Origin: Azolla caroliniana
Taxonomy: Eukaryota; Plantae; Polypodiophyta
Assembly: GCA_043228905.1 (NCBI GenBank)
Contig: JBHGNT010000004.1
Location: 2,666,001-2,730,000 of the forward strand
Direction of reading: 5' to 3'
DNA: 64,000 nucleotides
Shown here: positions 26,588 to 39,093 of the stretch, in pieces
How the letters are laid out: every line of letters starts with the position of its first letter
How positions within the stretch are numbered: position 1 is the first letter of the stretch
Notes under the pieces: generated by a model
Database searches by the model: none
Seen by the model: the letters and a program-made list of their open reading frames with translations, nothing else
Told to the model about the DNA's origin: nothing
Program-made: the position numbers and the translations under genes

Positions 26588-28933
26588 ATGAAGATGGACA
26601 AGGAATATCTCATGAAGGCAATGTCGAAGATGATGATGGAATTTTCGAGAGAAAGTAAAAGACGAGATGCAGCTCAACAAGCTGTCGAAAGTGTGGTCGA
26701 GTGAGTCGGCTATTTCGACGGGGGTATAGTCCAAAAAATTTTAGACACCTGCAATGCCGAGATGGATTCAAGCGGTGTAAAAGAAGCTACAAGGCTGGAG
26801 TACTTTTGTCGGGTGGTGGCTGAACCGAACTATAAAGACGTAAAAGAGCTTCAAGAAGCTCATGATTCGTGGGTGACTTTCAAGGAGGCTCTATTGGAGG
26901 CATATGGCTACGAGAGACCGAAGGGACAAAGTCTATACAAATTTAACCAATGGGTGTCATCGAGGAAGACCCACCAGAGTGCTATGCATGCATTCATTGA
27001 GTTTGAGTGTCGGTTCGCTCAACTCTTGGAGCGGGAACAAGGATTGGTGGGGGTGAATAAAGTCTTAATGTTTGTCAAGTCGATTGATCGGAATGAAAGG
27101 ACGGCCATTGGAATCCAACTCGAGGATGACGATGGTGCAAATGGCTTGATCGAGGATTGGGCCAAAGTGGAAAGGTTATGCCGACAACACGATGAGAGGA
27201 AAACGAGATTCTCGTCGACAACAACATGACCCATGAGGGATGTTCAAAGGAGAACGGGATGCAATACACCACCACCGAATGAAGAAAGCTTGAAGATGGA
27301 AGGTTCGACGGTACTCGACATACATGCTTTCGTAAAGGAGGCATATGAGAGTTTAAAAGTACAAGTCAAGGCCAAAGAGAAGCTTAGAATGGAGCCAAAA
27401 CCGAGGCAATTGGTGATCGACGAAGAGGAGACCTCCCGACAAATGCAAACTAATGATGCAGCCAATACGAAGGCCCAAGTTCGGTATGACAGTACCATGG
27501 GAGAAGGTGTGAAACAAGCCACCTTCTCTACTTATAGAGGAACGACGGTTAAGAGAAAGGCCGAAGACTCGAGAGCGGGAAATGCTGCTTTAAAAGTGGA
27601 CGAGCATTTCGGAACACATGTTGTGTCCGAAATATCGAGTAATGAAGGTGCAAGCATGAGGGAAGCTTGCATGATCAAGGGATGTAAAGAGTGCGAGGTC
27701 GACGTGATTGAGGCGGTAGCCACGAGGAACGACATCGAGTCGCAGATGGCTAAGGAAGAGTCCATGGCGGATGACCGTGTCGAGACTTTCCCAACACTTG
27801 ATCTAGAGACTTGGGCAGTTGCGTCCGAGAACCAACATGAGACCCAAGAGACAGAAAGTGGTGGGGAAGAAAATATTGAAGACAATGCGAATAATAACAT
27901 TGAGCGAAAGATGGCTATGGATGAGAAGACGGTGACCGATGGTGTCGAGGTTCTCCCCACAATTGTTCTTGAGACTTTGGCAGTTGTGCCTGAGTGTCAA
28001 CATGAGACCGGAGAGACGAAAGGTGGCAGCTGGAAATCGAAGGACCGAAACGACGATGAGGAGGATGGCCACAGATGAAGGAATCCCTCCACACCGATTC
28101 TGGAGACTTCGGCAGTTGTGCCTGAGAGCGAACATAAGACCGGAGAGATGGAAGGTGGCGGCGAGGAGATGAGGGTCGAAGCTAGCGCATACGGAGGAAC
28201 GGTGGCCAACAAGGACGCCAAAAACAAAGCTACAATAGAGTTCGATGAAGAGCTAGATAGCAGCAAGAAAGGAAGAACCGGAATACAATCCGGATGGAAG
28301 ATGACGCGGTTGGTATTCCGACCCGAACGGAAGCCGACCCAAACGAGAGTTGATCAACTAAGCCCGACCCAACCGAAAACCGGATGGAAACTGACCCGGA
28401 CGAAAGTCGATCGTCTGAGTCCGATTCGGCCGAATGCGAATCCGGACAAAGGCCGACCAAGCCAGAAGTTGATTGGTCGAGACAAACATAAGTTGAACCG
28501 TCCTAGACGGAGGTCGAAGCAGACGATCCACGACACCCGGTCGAGGCTAGCGAGCATAAGGAAAGGCAAGCATGAGACGAGAAATGATGATAAAGGAAAG
28601 TTAGGTGACCAAGGAGATGGCCGAGATGAAGGTGGCACATGCACGAGGCATGAAGCGTTATGCTCGGGAGGAGCAAAGGGAACCATGAAAACTAGATATG
28701 GCAATAAAAAAGGTGAGCGAATGATATGGTGGATCGGATGGCAACGACAGTTCGAAGTAGACGACAAAAAGACGGTGTGGACAAGGCGAAAGAAAGGAGG
28801 AAATCAAACACCAACCACCTTTGACCCTTCCACATCACTCTTTTCTTCTTGGCACATACCAGAGGATGTGCGGTTTGGTGGGGGTGGATGTCGTGATGTG
28901 GCATGTCTAGTGCGAGAAAAAGTCAAAAATTGA
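26588..28933 (+). pseudogene. Single long gag-like ORF (~780 codons) with acidic repeats and three in-frame TGA stops
   Basis: ATG at 26588. Track ORFs 26762, 27233 and 28118 are all in the same frame. N-terminus is gag-like (W.TFKEALLEAYG), the middle has ETxAVxxExxHxTxExxGG repeats, and the end reads WHIPEDVRFGGGG into the 3' LTR. Confidence 0.7.
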
Positions 28934-30006
28934 GGATCCACATACATTTCACGAATACTTGTAAAAATGAAAATAAATAAACCTAGGTCACAATGGCATT
29001 GAGTGCATGTAGAGGGTTGCAAGTAGGATTTGAACCTTGCACCTCTAAGATAAGAGACAATTACCTTACCACTAAAGCTACTACTAAGTGCTTTAGATGT
29101 TCTATATTTCTTTCTCATATTCAGTATTTTGTAGGAAACAAAGGTACAAAACCGTGTACACAAAACCACGGGTTTTAGCCCATGGGTTTGTGCATGTCAT
29201 AAGCAAAACTGTGTGCACAAAACCATGGTTTTAGCCCATGGTTTTGTGCATGTCACAAGCATGGAGAGACCTATAAAAGCCTCTAGTAAGGCTTGTGTAA
29301 GGGGGGGGCTCAATATGTGAAATCACCACCACCACCACCATCAATAATATAATATTCTTCTTGACATCTATCTTCTTCTTGAGTATACAAATATTTGTTC
29401 TTTTCAAATGTGATATTGGTTTCCTAACTCGTACATACGCATCGTCCTCTTAATCTCCACTTCCTCACCTCTTTTGTCTCCTTGGTCCATGGCCCTGGTG
29501 GTCCCGCTCAAGGGAAGCACGCACACATGCGCATCTTCGCGACAACGTGCCCATGGAGAAAGAATTGTTATGATGAGCCTTATCTAAAGGGAGAACACGA
29601 GCAACCACTTGCTCGATAGTCTGTTGTGAAAAAACCATAAGGGCCAACGCCGTGCTCATGGCTCCTGGAGTCCGGCAAGGAACATACCTTTTAAATGATT
29701 AGTGGACACATCCTGTGCGAGTTGCCAGTAGAGGTCTTGGAATCGGATGGTAAACTGGGAAACCTTTTCATTGGGTCCCTGGGCAATGTTATAGAATTGG
29801 CGGAGCAGTTCACGCTTGGGAATCTCCTGGTGGAATAACTCCAGAAACCTGGTGCGGACATCTTGGAATGTGGTAAACTCCCTTGGATCGTGGCGAGAAT
29901 ACCACCATGTAGCGGGGCTGTCTAGCGAAACAGTAAATTCCACAATTTTGGAGGTGTGCAGCTCCTTAGCGGTGAAGCGTTGCGTAGAATGGTTGGCTTG
30001 CCACGT

Positions 30007-30455
30007 TGTCGTGAAGAATTTCGGCCAGAGGCGGAAACCGGGAAACATTGGCTACATCAGCGGGGTGCAGCGTGTGTACGCACCCATGTACATTTAGTGT
30101 GGATATCGAGGGCGCCTTTATGGCACCGAAGAATGAGCAAGTCGGGACAGACGATCCCATGTAAGTCGTGATTTGTCCCACGTTGTAATGCATCCCTTTC
30201 CTTGTTCTATAAAAGGAAGGGAACGCCCTTTGTAAAAGGGTTACCCATTTTTGCATTAGAGGGTATACCGTTAGGTTTAGGGTTAGCTTCTTCTTCTTCT
30301 TCTCCTTCGTATTCGTTTAGGGTTTGCTGCAGCTCATCTCCTGCGCAAGACCCCGCTCGGCGCGACGAGCCCGTGAGCTCCCCGACCGGCGGCTTGGCAG
30401 CTGATGACTACTGTAACCTGCCTTGGTCTGGCTCGAAGCTGGGAATGTATTCTTC

Positions 30456-30495
<40 letters not shown>

Positions 30496-30787
30496 GTTGC
30501 GTCTATCTGTGTATATTGGCGTCTTTGTTGGTGTCGGGTGCTACCCCTTTTCCTGCGTTTTCTGTACATAAGGCGTGAGCTGTGTGTGTGTGTGTGTGCG
30601 TGTGTGCGTGTGTGTGCGTGAGTCGGTGTTAAGCACGCTCTCTCTCTCCTTCTCCCTTCGGTTGCTTCCGGTGTGTTTTTGGGATGCCTCAGGAAACGGT
30701 GAAGCACGACCACTGCGCTCCATCACTCCCTCGTCCAAGACCCCCGTGGTCCCGCCTTTCTCCACGTACGCGCGTAACGACGCGACA
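30007..30787 (+). mobile_element. Solo LTR (Trp group)
   Basis: TGTCGTGAAGA...CGCGACA. TSD ACGT/ATGT. Highly similar to LTRs 45325-46100 and 49350-50129. Confidence 0.92.
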
Positions 30788-30836
30788 ATGTGAAGAGAAA
30801 AGAGTGGATGTGAGATTTTGTGTCGGGACCATCCGT

Positions 30837-31425
30837 TGTCGTGAAGATTCCGGGCCATAGGTGGAAACAATGTGAAATGTGCAGGAACACTAGTGTGCAC
30901 GAGTGCACACCCCTAGTGAAGTAAATAGTGTAAGTACTAGACATAGGTAGAAGGAGGTGTACTAGGTAGTTAAGGCATTAATAGGTATTCAGACATCGCG
31001 TAAGTAGGGAGAGTTACGAGGAGAGCGAATCAGGGGGGAGAATCTAGGAAGGGAAAGCGAAAGGTCATGAATGCTTTGTAATGGTCGCTCCTTGTGCTAT
31101 AAAAGGGGCGACCTTTGACTGTTTTTAGGGATGTCATCTAGAGAGGAGGGGAGAGGAGGGGAGACGAGGAGTCCTATGACGGATCACCGGAAGGCGTTTC
31201 CCCTGCTCGCGTCAGATGCCTGAGTGCTCCCGACCAGGGGATCGACCTTCTGCGTGCCTACGTATCTTAGTATCTAACTACTGTAGAGCTCTACGCTCTA
31301 TCACTAGCACTGATCCGGTTGTAATCACCCATAGCGCTACACACATGTTTTGATTAATATAAACTTATCTACCTAACGCAAGTTGTTCTCAGCATCTCTG
31401 TCTGCACATGTGTCTACACACGATC

Positions 31426-31503
<78 letters not shown>

Positions 31504-31639
31504 GCTAACCTTCTCTGTTTAACCGCAGTCTCAAGGCTTACGTAAACCACAAACTCTTCCTCCTCACTTCTTGATTCCTTGGTTCAAGACCCTTGTGGTC
31601 CTGCCCAACTTCTACGCATTCGCGAGGATTTTCTCGACA
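30837..31639 (+). mobile_element. Solo LTR (Trp group)
   Basis: TGTCGTGAAGA...CTCGACA. TSD CCGT/CCGT. TATA box at ~31098. Confidence 0.92.
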
Positions 31640-32569
31640 CCGTGTAGCGGGTATAGGAGTTGTACGGCATTGTGTCGAGATCTGGGTCATCTGGTAGGGT
31701 CGGGAAGGGGTTGAACTCGGATTGTTGAGAGACTACGGGCGGACTCAAAGGAGTGGCGAGTTCGGGGCCGGTATGTGATTGTGTATCGGGGATGACTAGT
31801 GAGGGGTGCAATTCCGAGGTTTTTGGTGATGAGTGCTGAGTGATCGTGGAGTCACTGGTATCCTTGGCTGGCTCAGCGCGGCGGGATGTGAGCCGAGCGC
31901 GAGTAAGATGGTTGGGCGCCGTAATGGCGGCTGGGGGTGTCCATCGACTTGTGTTCGCTGTGATGCACAACGGGAACCGGGTGTGCCAAATTGTATTGTT
32001 TCCTTCTTCAAAAGCAACACTTTCTATTTTCCTTATGGAAATCGGATCAAGGGGTTGTGGTACGTAGTGAAAAAAACAGATTGTGCATGAGATTTTCTCC
32101 ACAATCAGTGCCGTGTAACGAAAAGATAGGCGTCACTTAGCTGTAGGACATGATTTAAATTCAAGAATCAACTTCTAAGTGTGACCGTAACACAGATTCA
32201 CGTAATAGACCCAAAACCATATATATTTATAGTACGAGTGGAGGAACAACGATACACGACTCACGACCGGAGTTACAACAAAAGTATAATCAGATGCTTA
32301 TAGTATCCTATTCGAGCTAGGGGGGGCTTCCTCTTCCCTCAATTCACTCCCCCCTCCTTTCATTTCTCCTTCATGTTTTATAACTTTTTCTTTCTCCGCT
32401 CGACGTGCTTCAGTATTCCATTGTTTTTGGCTGCACGTATTGTTGTGTTCATTTGGCTGTATGTTTCTGATTACGGTTGCCTTCACTACTTTGCCTACCT
32501 CCAGATTTGTTTCACACTTAATATACAAAAATTGGCCCACGGACAACACACGCCGCTTAGAGGTGGCAA

Positions 32570-32920
32570 AGCGAGCATATTACGCAAATGAGAACCCATG
32601 AAATGATGGAGATATTAAGTGTTGGGTCTGCCAAAAATACCTTTTCAACACTATGGTGACACCTATGCTTCTCTATGGGGTGGAAATATGGGTTGGTAGC
32701 ATCCCTAAATCTACTTGGAAAGAGTTTGAAAATGTCCAAAAACATTTTTTTACAAAGTTTTTACAAGTTAAGAGACAAATACCATACATCCTCCTCCTCC
32801 TTGAGATGGGATCACTTCCCATTGAGATCATGCCCATGGAAAGGGTTGTTGAATATATGCTTAAGGTTCAAAAAAGTCCCTCACATTAACTTTCTAGAAT
32901 TGCATGTGAAGCAAGCAGAA
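32570..32920 (+). mobile_element. Non-LTR retrotransposon (RTE-like) post-RT fragment
   Basis: LFNTMVTPMLLYGVEIW...ENVQKHF...L.V......LLEMGSLPIE is the typical RT thumb/C-terminal pattern. Confidence 0.65.
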
Positions 32921-33399
32921 TAGGGAAACCGTACACATCGATACATGTTAGAGCCCATCCCTTTGTCTGCCATTCGAACCATTGCTTCCATGTGACTTAC
33001 CTCACATGAATTGTGATGTGAGACGAGGCGTTGGGGCACAAGTGATGAGAGTGACCGACTATGCCCACTTTGCCCTAATCAAGTTCGAGAGTCTTGAGTA
33101 TCACATTTTGATACAATGCTCTGCCTTTAAAATTATATTTGAACATGCTTTGCACACATCTTCGACCAAGCCTAATCCTTGAACTAATTTCTCTCACAAC
33201 CACAATGTGCACTCTCGATTGCACATTCATTGGTAAAGTTCTTGAACATCGAGAGTTGCTACTCACTTCACACGTATCATGTGAAATGTAATATGTTTGG
33301 TCTCATAGGTCATATTTAACCTCCAAAGACGATAATAGAATCTATCTATCTCTCTCACAACAAAATAACACTCAAACCATTAACCATTTTATAGATAAC

Positions 33400-34340
33400 A
33401 AAAATCAAACCAAACCAAACCGTTCATGAACTCCTACGCCACTTAACCAAACCATTTCAAACAAATCGTTTAGGGAAAAGTTGAAACCGAACCGAACCGA
33501 ACTAAACCATTCAATCATAAATTTAAACCTAACCATTTAAGTTAGATTTTAAAAATTCAATAAATAGAAATACATTAAATTAATAAACCATTAAATTAAT
33601 AAACATTTAAGTTAAATTAATAAACAAAAAACATTAATTAAACCATTAAGAAAATAAAAAAAAGTTAACAAAAAACCAATAAAGTATTTAATCCAACAAC
33701 CTAAACCTATAGACTGATAAACTTGAGCTTTAGAACCAAACCAAACCATTTAATAATAATTGAACCAAAACAAACCACATAAGTACATTGGAACTAATAA
33801 ATCTTTGGCTTAACTATTTGGTTCGGTTTGAGTCGAAATCTGACCAATCATGACATCTTGTCCTCCCTAGTTTAGGTTCCCCATGGTCCTACTCAAATAG
33901 CACATGCACATGCACACGCTGTCGGAGGGTGGAGGCTTTATGCTCCATGGGCTTCAGCCGATCGACTTCCCGTCCGGGTCAGCTTTCAATAGTATCAACT
34001 GGATCGGTTCTCTCTTGTGTGAATCGGATAGGAGGTAGATCGACATCGACTGTCACGACACAGTGACGTCAAATATGTAGTTAGTGAGGATTGAACCTGC
34101 AACCTCACATCTACAAAACATCATGCTCAATAGCAATGGGCCCAATTTCAGCTCAAACCGAACCGAACTGTTAAGCCGTGGCTTAATGGTTTATCGGTTC
34201 AAAGTTAAATAATCAGTTTGGTTTGGTTTCAAAGTATACTATTCGGTTCAGTTCGGTTTTTGGGTTTAGCGGTTTAGCGGTTTAAAGGCTTATCAGTTTA
34301 TCACTTTCAGTTTAAAGGTTTGGTTTATAGGTTTTTATGT
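33400..34340. repeat. Two back-to-back hAT-like transposon ends rich in AACCG/AACCA motifs
   Basis: The reverse complement of 33805-33850 matches 34133-34178 (ATTTC..CTCAAACCGAACC.AA..GTTAAGCC). Subterminal AACCG arrays extend outward on both sides. Confidence 0.5.
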
Positions 34341-34571
34341 TTAAAAATAATAATCCTAAATTTTTCCTCTAACATTAGATTTCTAACTTCTAAGTCTTGA
34401 CTCCTAACTGCTCTGTTTCTGCGCGCCTCCATAGTACATACTCTCTCCTACGCTACCTCTGTAGACTACTACCTTCTCCTCATCCTGACTCCTGACTCCT
34501 TAGTCCTCTTCCAAGTTCTTACTATAGTTTGCAGTCTACTATAGCACATTACACAGGTATGATTCTTGAAA

Positions 34572-34617
<46 letters not shown>

Positions 34618-34689
34618 TCATCCTCCTACAAGTATCAACATGCTAATATCTAGGGATGTATGAATCTAAGGATGTATGAATAGGAATAA

Positions 34690-35130
34690 GGTTTAGGGTT
34701 TGGTGAAGGTAGGGTTTTATGGAGTAGCAAGGAATAGGCTTTCTGTGTCTTGTAGAGGGTTATAGACTCATATGTTCAATCTAAGGATGTAGGAATTCTC
34801 TACTCTGCAGTCGGTCGAATTCACAAAGAAGAATAAGGATTTAGGCATTTTTGGACCTATTGAGGATTCAGAATATTTGGCCTCCCAATGGTTAGGGCTT
34901 TGTATTAGGTTCTGGATTCTCTGTACTCATATTGGTTACCATTTTTCGTGTTAAGACTCTTAATAGTAAGATTTACAATGATTAGGGCTTTGCATTAGGA
35001 TTCAGGATTCTCTAGCCTCACATTAAGTTAGGGTTTGGTATTATTGTAATCACAAATTACAATGGCTAGGGTGGTTTTACATAAGGATTCAAGATTCTCT
35101 GGTCTCACAATGGTTAGGGTTTTGAATTAT
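34690..35130. repeat. Degenerate tandem repeat containing TTAGGG(TTT) telo-box-like motifs
   Basis: Units like CAATGGTTAGGGCTTTG.ATTAGG.TTC.GGATTCTCT at ~34886, 34976, 35060 and 35108. Confidence 0.55.
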
Positions 35131-36010
35131 TGTAATTGGTTGCGATCATGACTGCCATCTCCTTGTAGTCGAAGGATTATATATACTAAAACCAAACTAA
35201 TCACATGGTGCCTCCTTCCTTAATCATATGGTGCTCTGAATCAGTGGGAAGAAAGAAAAGAGGATGGGCCAAATCTTGGAACTGGCCCCTTACGAATGCA
35301 AAGCTATAGTATATATTCTTGTATGTCATGATATCCTCCCAGCTCAATCACAGTTTGCCCAAAGTTTAACCTAATTATCCCTTAAGACCAAGAGATCCTA
35401 CACCAAACTACAAGAAAAACAAAGTCAAACAGGGACAAAATTAAAGACACAACATACATACAACACGGGAGAGGGTTGCTCCACTCTTCAAATTAGTATG
35501 TATAGTACATGTAAGTTACAGAAGATCATGTCTGAGACTTCTCCCAGCTCTTCCAAAAACATCAACCCTTCCTCTCCTCTCCACGCCTCAAGTTAATCTA
35601 CCTGTACATATGCTCATGGCGGGATGGAGGCAGCTCGCCGGTCAAATAGGCATTTCCCACTACATCTTAGATCTAGAGTTGTCCTCTATAAATCATGTGG
35701 CCCAATTGCCTAATTGGGAGAACCCACTACCTTCTGCTTCACGCAAAGCACTCATTAATTGTTCTCGGCCAGGAAACCTCCTGTTGTCCTGCCTTGCCTT
35801 GTAGAGAAGAACCTTTGGTTTTATTTGACTCCCCATTCCAAGATAACAATGAACTCCTTGGTTCTCTCATCTAAGACGAACACTGGGCAACCATCTATCT
35901 ATCTTATATGTCCATTAGTAATCTTCCTACCTCTATCCCTGGGGTCACAACAATCCCTTTGATAAGAGAGACATGTTTGGAAGCAATGGACGGTAGCACA
36001 CCACCTCCTC

Positions 36011-36548
36011 TCAGCCCGTAGGTACCTCCTTCACAAGACCTACAAGACAACATGCAGTCAACAAAATTGTGTAGAGAACCAAATCTCGCACAATACCTTC
36101 TATCTTCATTCTTCTATATAGTTTCAAAGTAGCATGAGCATGATCTAATTTTGCATATCCAGCAATCAATGAACTCCAAGACCTGACACTCCAAATAAGA
36201 ATTGTCTCAACAATTTTCTTGTTTTCTCCAAGGAACCAGATTTCTCGTGCTTTCTCTAGTTTACCGTAGTTGGCATACATGTCCACCAATGTGTTCCACA
36301 GGATCTCATTTTTTTGCTATAGATCTCGCTTTCGGACATCCAAATCTATACCTTTCCCAATCTCTAGGGCCACACCTTTAAACAGCACATGTACGTCACC
36401 ACCGTAAACACCTACACCCTAAACACATCTAGCTTTCATCTATTTGAATCATTTGAATGCCTCATCCCCGAGACCATTGCATCTATATCCTGAGATTATC
36501 ACATTACTAAAAACAACATCACGAGCTGGAAGCTGTTCAAGTGCTTTG
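36011..36548 (-). pseudogene. PLS-class pentatricopeptide repeat gene fragment
   Basis: Reverse translation: LEQLPARDVV..NVIISGY..NGLGDEAF..F..M; GKGI; NTLVDMYANYGKLEKARE; WSSLIAGYAK...A.KLYRRMK.EG...D.V.YT.LL.AC...GLV. Contains stops and frameshifts. Confidence 0.8.
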
Positions 36549-38410
36549 CATGCTTTCTCCATTGCACTATATTGGCGGGAGCCGATATTTCGTCTCCTTC
36601 ATCGACGATTACAGCCGACACACGTGGATCTACCTAATCGAAAGGAAAAACAAAGTTTTCAACTATTTCTGGAACCTGCAAAGTCTTGTAGAATGGGAAA
36701 CGGAGAGGAAGATCAAGTGCGTGCGGTCGGATGGTGGAAAAGAGTATTTTTTCGGCCAATTCAACATTTATCTGCAAGAAATGGGAATTCAGAGAGAATT
36801 CAGTTGCAGACACACATTGGAACAAAACGATGTGGCCGAAAAAAGAACCGGTCAATTGTGGAGGCGACATGGGCAATGCTGGAAGAGAAGAGCATGCCCA
36901 AGTTCTATTGGGCCGAAGCGGTTCAGACGACCGTCTACATCCAAAGCCGGATCGGGGATAAGGTGTCAGCACATGAGCTGTATTTCGGGTGGAAGCCAAG
37001 TTTAAGGCACCTTAAGATATCCGGTAGCATTGCATATGTGCATTTGCCAGATGAGAAGCGGAGAAAGCTGAACCCGAAGTCAGAGAAGTCCATTCTTGTC
37101 AGTTACTCACATGAGCAAAAAGGTTATAACTGCTATAACCCCCGAACAAAACAAGTTTGAGTGAGCCGAGATGTCGAATTTGATGAGTTGGCATCATGGT
37201 ACTCTCTACCGACTCCGATGTCCGACTCCGACTTGATTCCGGAGGTTGAGGCCAGTGAGCCCGAAACAATCTGGGCAGAGGATGAAGAAGGATTTGGTAC
37301 TCTAGATGAGAGTCCGATCTCATTCCGGCTAAGTGGGCCGAATGAGCGACAGGGTCGGAATGACTAGTTCGATGAAGAGCCAACGATTAGTGGAAACTCG
37401 GTTGTGCTCTCCTTGCGCAAGGAACTGAGGAGACGGTTCACGTGCAAAGAGAAGGGGAAGAAGAAGATGCCGGAATACGCCATTGGCAGAGACGAGTTGG
37501 ATCGGAACGAATTCAACTCTGGAAAGAACGAAGGCCGAGACGACCAAGAGGGCCTTGCAATCATCGAACGTGAAGTTGCGCCGATCAACCTGCTAGAAGA
37601 ATCCCGTAAAAAGGTACGACTATAATGAGTACATGGCGCATCACTATGTGTATATGACGAAAGTGGTGGAAGTGCGTGAGTTGGAGAGCTACGGAGAAAC
37701 AGAAGAGGACGCACATTGGTGTGCCGCTATGGAAGAAGAGATGCGGGCATTTGATGCCAACGACACATGGGACCTCGATGACCCTCCCCGACATTGCAAA
37801 CCGATTGGTTGCAAGTGGGTGTACAAGGTAAAGTACAATGTTGATGGTTCGCTCAACCGGTACAAGGCCCGGTTAGTGGCCAAAGGATATGCGCAGAACC
37901 ACGGAATCAACTATGACGAGACCTTTGCTCCGGTAGCGAACATGACGACGGTTTGTGTGGTGCTAGCAGTTGCTGCGGCAAGGGAATGCCATCTTCATCA
38001 AATTGATGTGAAGAATGAATTTCTTCAAGGTGACCTTGAAGAACAGATCTACATGATCCAACCCCCCAGTTTTTAGTCAGAGATGAACAAGTCAGCAGTG
38101 TGCCGGCTCAAGAAGTTCCTTTACGGCTTGAAGCAAGCTCCCTGTGCTCGGAATTTGAAGTCACACACTAGTTGCGTAAGATGGGGTTTGCAGCTTGAAA
38201 GTCGGATTCTTCATTGTTCATTCAGAAAGATCCGGAAGGTTCGGTATGTATCTTATTATACGTGGATGACCTAGTCATCACCGGACCAGGCAGCTGAAAT
38301 CGGCCGAGTGAAGTCCTAATTGTCGGATGCTTTTGAAATGAAGGACCTAGGGGATCTTCATTACTTCCTCGTGATCGATGTGATCCACACCCCCGACGAC
38401 ATATTGTTAT
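36549..38410 (+). pseudogene. Copia integrase and RT (5' part of a split element)
   Basis: Motifs FIDDYSR, VRSDGGKEY, GCKWVYKVK, YKARLVAKGY, HQIDVKN and LYVDDL. Shares KGK.KMPEY and YMAHHY with the 6314 element. Confidence 0.88.
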
Positions 38411-39093
38411 TGTGAGGAATAGCGCAAAATACTGCTCGGCCACGGCCGAGTCTTGAATTACTTCAATAAGAGTGCAACACAGGAAAGGGAATAGACGTAC
38501 ACACAAGAGAGTACACATGATGTTTACGTGGAAAACCTTGAATGGGAAAAACCACGGGAGCCCACAGACTCCAACTATCACTATGAAGAAAAGAGGGTAC
38601 AATCAAGGACTCGGAGGCAACGACCTCGAGCTCTGTTTCTTCTGTTACCGGCCGGGAAAGGAGTCCAGAGTGTGAAACAAAGGAGTTATTTAATTATTTG
38701 GACGGACGAACCGGAATCAGTATGCCGTTCCGGATCCGAACCGATCCCGAACAGGTGCGGATGGCTTCGTTTTGTACTACAAATTGGAAACCTATTTAAA
38801 GGCCCGGATATAATGTAATGAGCAGTGGATAATTAATGAAACTTAGTGTTTTTATCTCTCTGTGTTAATTGCCGTTTTGCATTCATTGTTATATCTTACG
38901 CGTGTGATTATTTAGGATGATCTTGCTAAGTAACCTAATTAAGTCGGATTAATCGTCGAGCCTAATCCTCTTGCCGTAACACCCCTTTGGTGAAGTGTCT
39001 TCTGTAGACACCCTGTGTTAGGCCATTGTCCGGCCCTAAGAGTTAACACAGTTTTTGGCGACCACGATTCCTGTTATTGCAGCGAACGACGGC

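Larger units (their letters stand above)
25179..29544 (+). mobile_element. Non-autonomous gag-only LTR element, tRNA-Trp primed (copy 1)
   Basis: LTRs 25179-26547 (carries a nested solo LTR) and 28889-29544. PBS TGGTGAACCCGACGTGAA at 26555-26572. PPT-like GGTGGGGGTGGA at 28877-28888. 4-bp flanks GTGT/ACGT. No PR/RT/INT motifs. Confidence 0.9.
24279..32102 (-). pseudogene. gag: Gypsy gag pseudogene (relative of the 38643 element) split by nested insertions
   Basis: Pieces 31640-32102, 30788-30836, 29545-30006 and 24279-25178 join into ...YNSYTRDGPDTKSHIHSFL.TWQANH...SKIVEF.VSLDSPATWW...CTTCAKSGH..CLICHSRVH...CFNCNQPGH. These are homologous to the gag at 39660-41600. Confidence 0.85.

Noticed and set aside
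34690-35130. Interstitial telomere
   Set aside because: Only isolated TTAGGG motifs within longer degenerate units; no tandem TTTAGGG array.
36011-36548. Functional PPR editing factor
   Set aside because: Multiple stops and frameshifts, truncated by a Copia fragment, and no E/DYW domain recognised.
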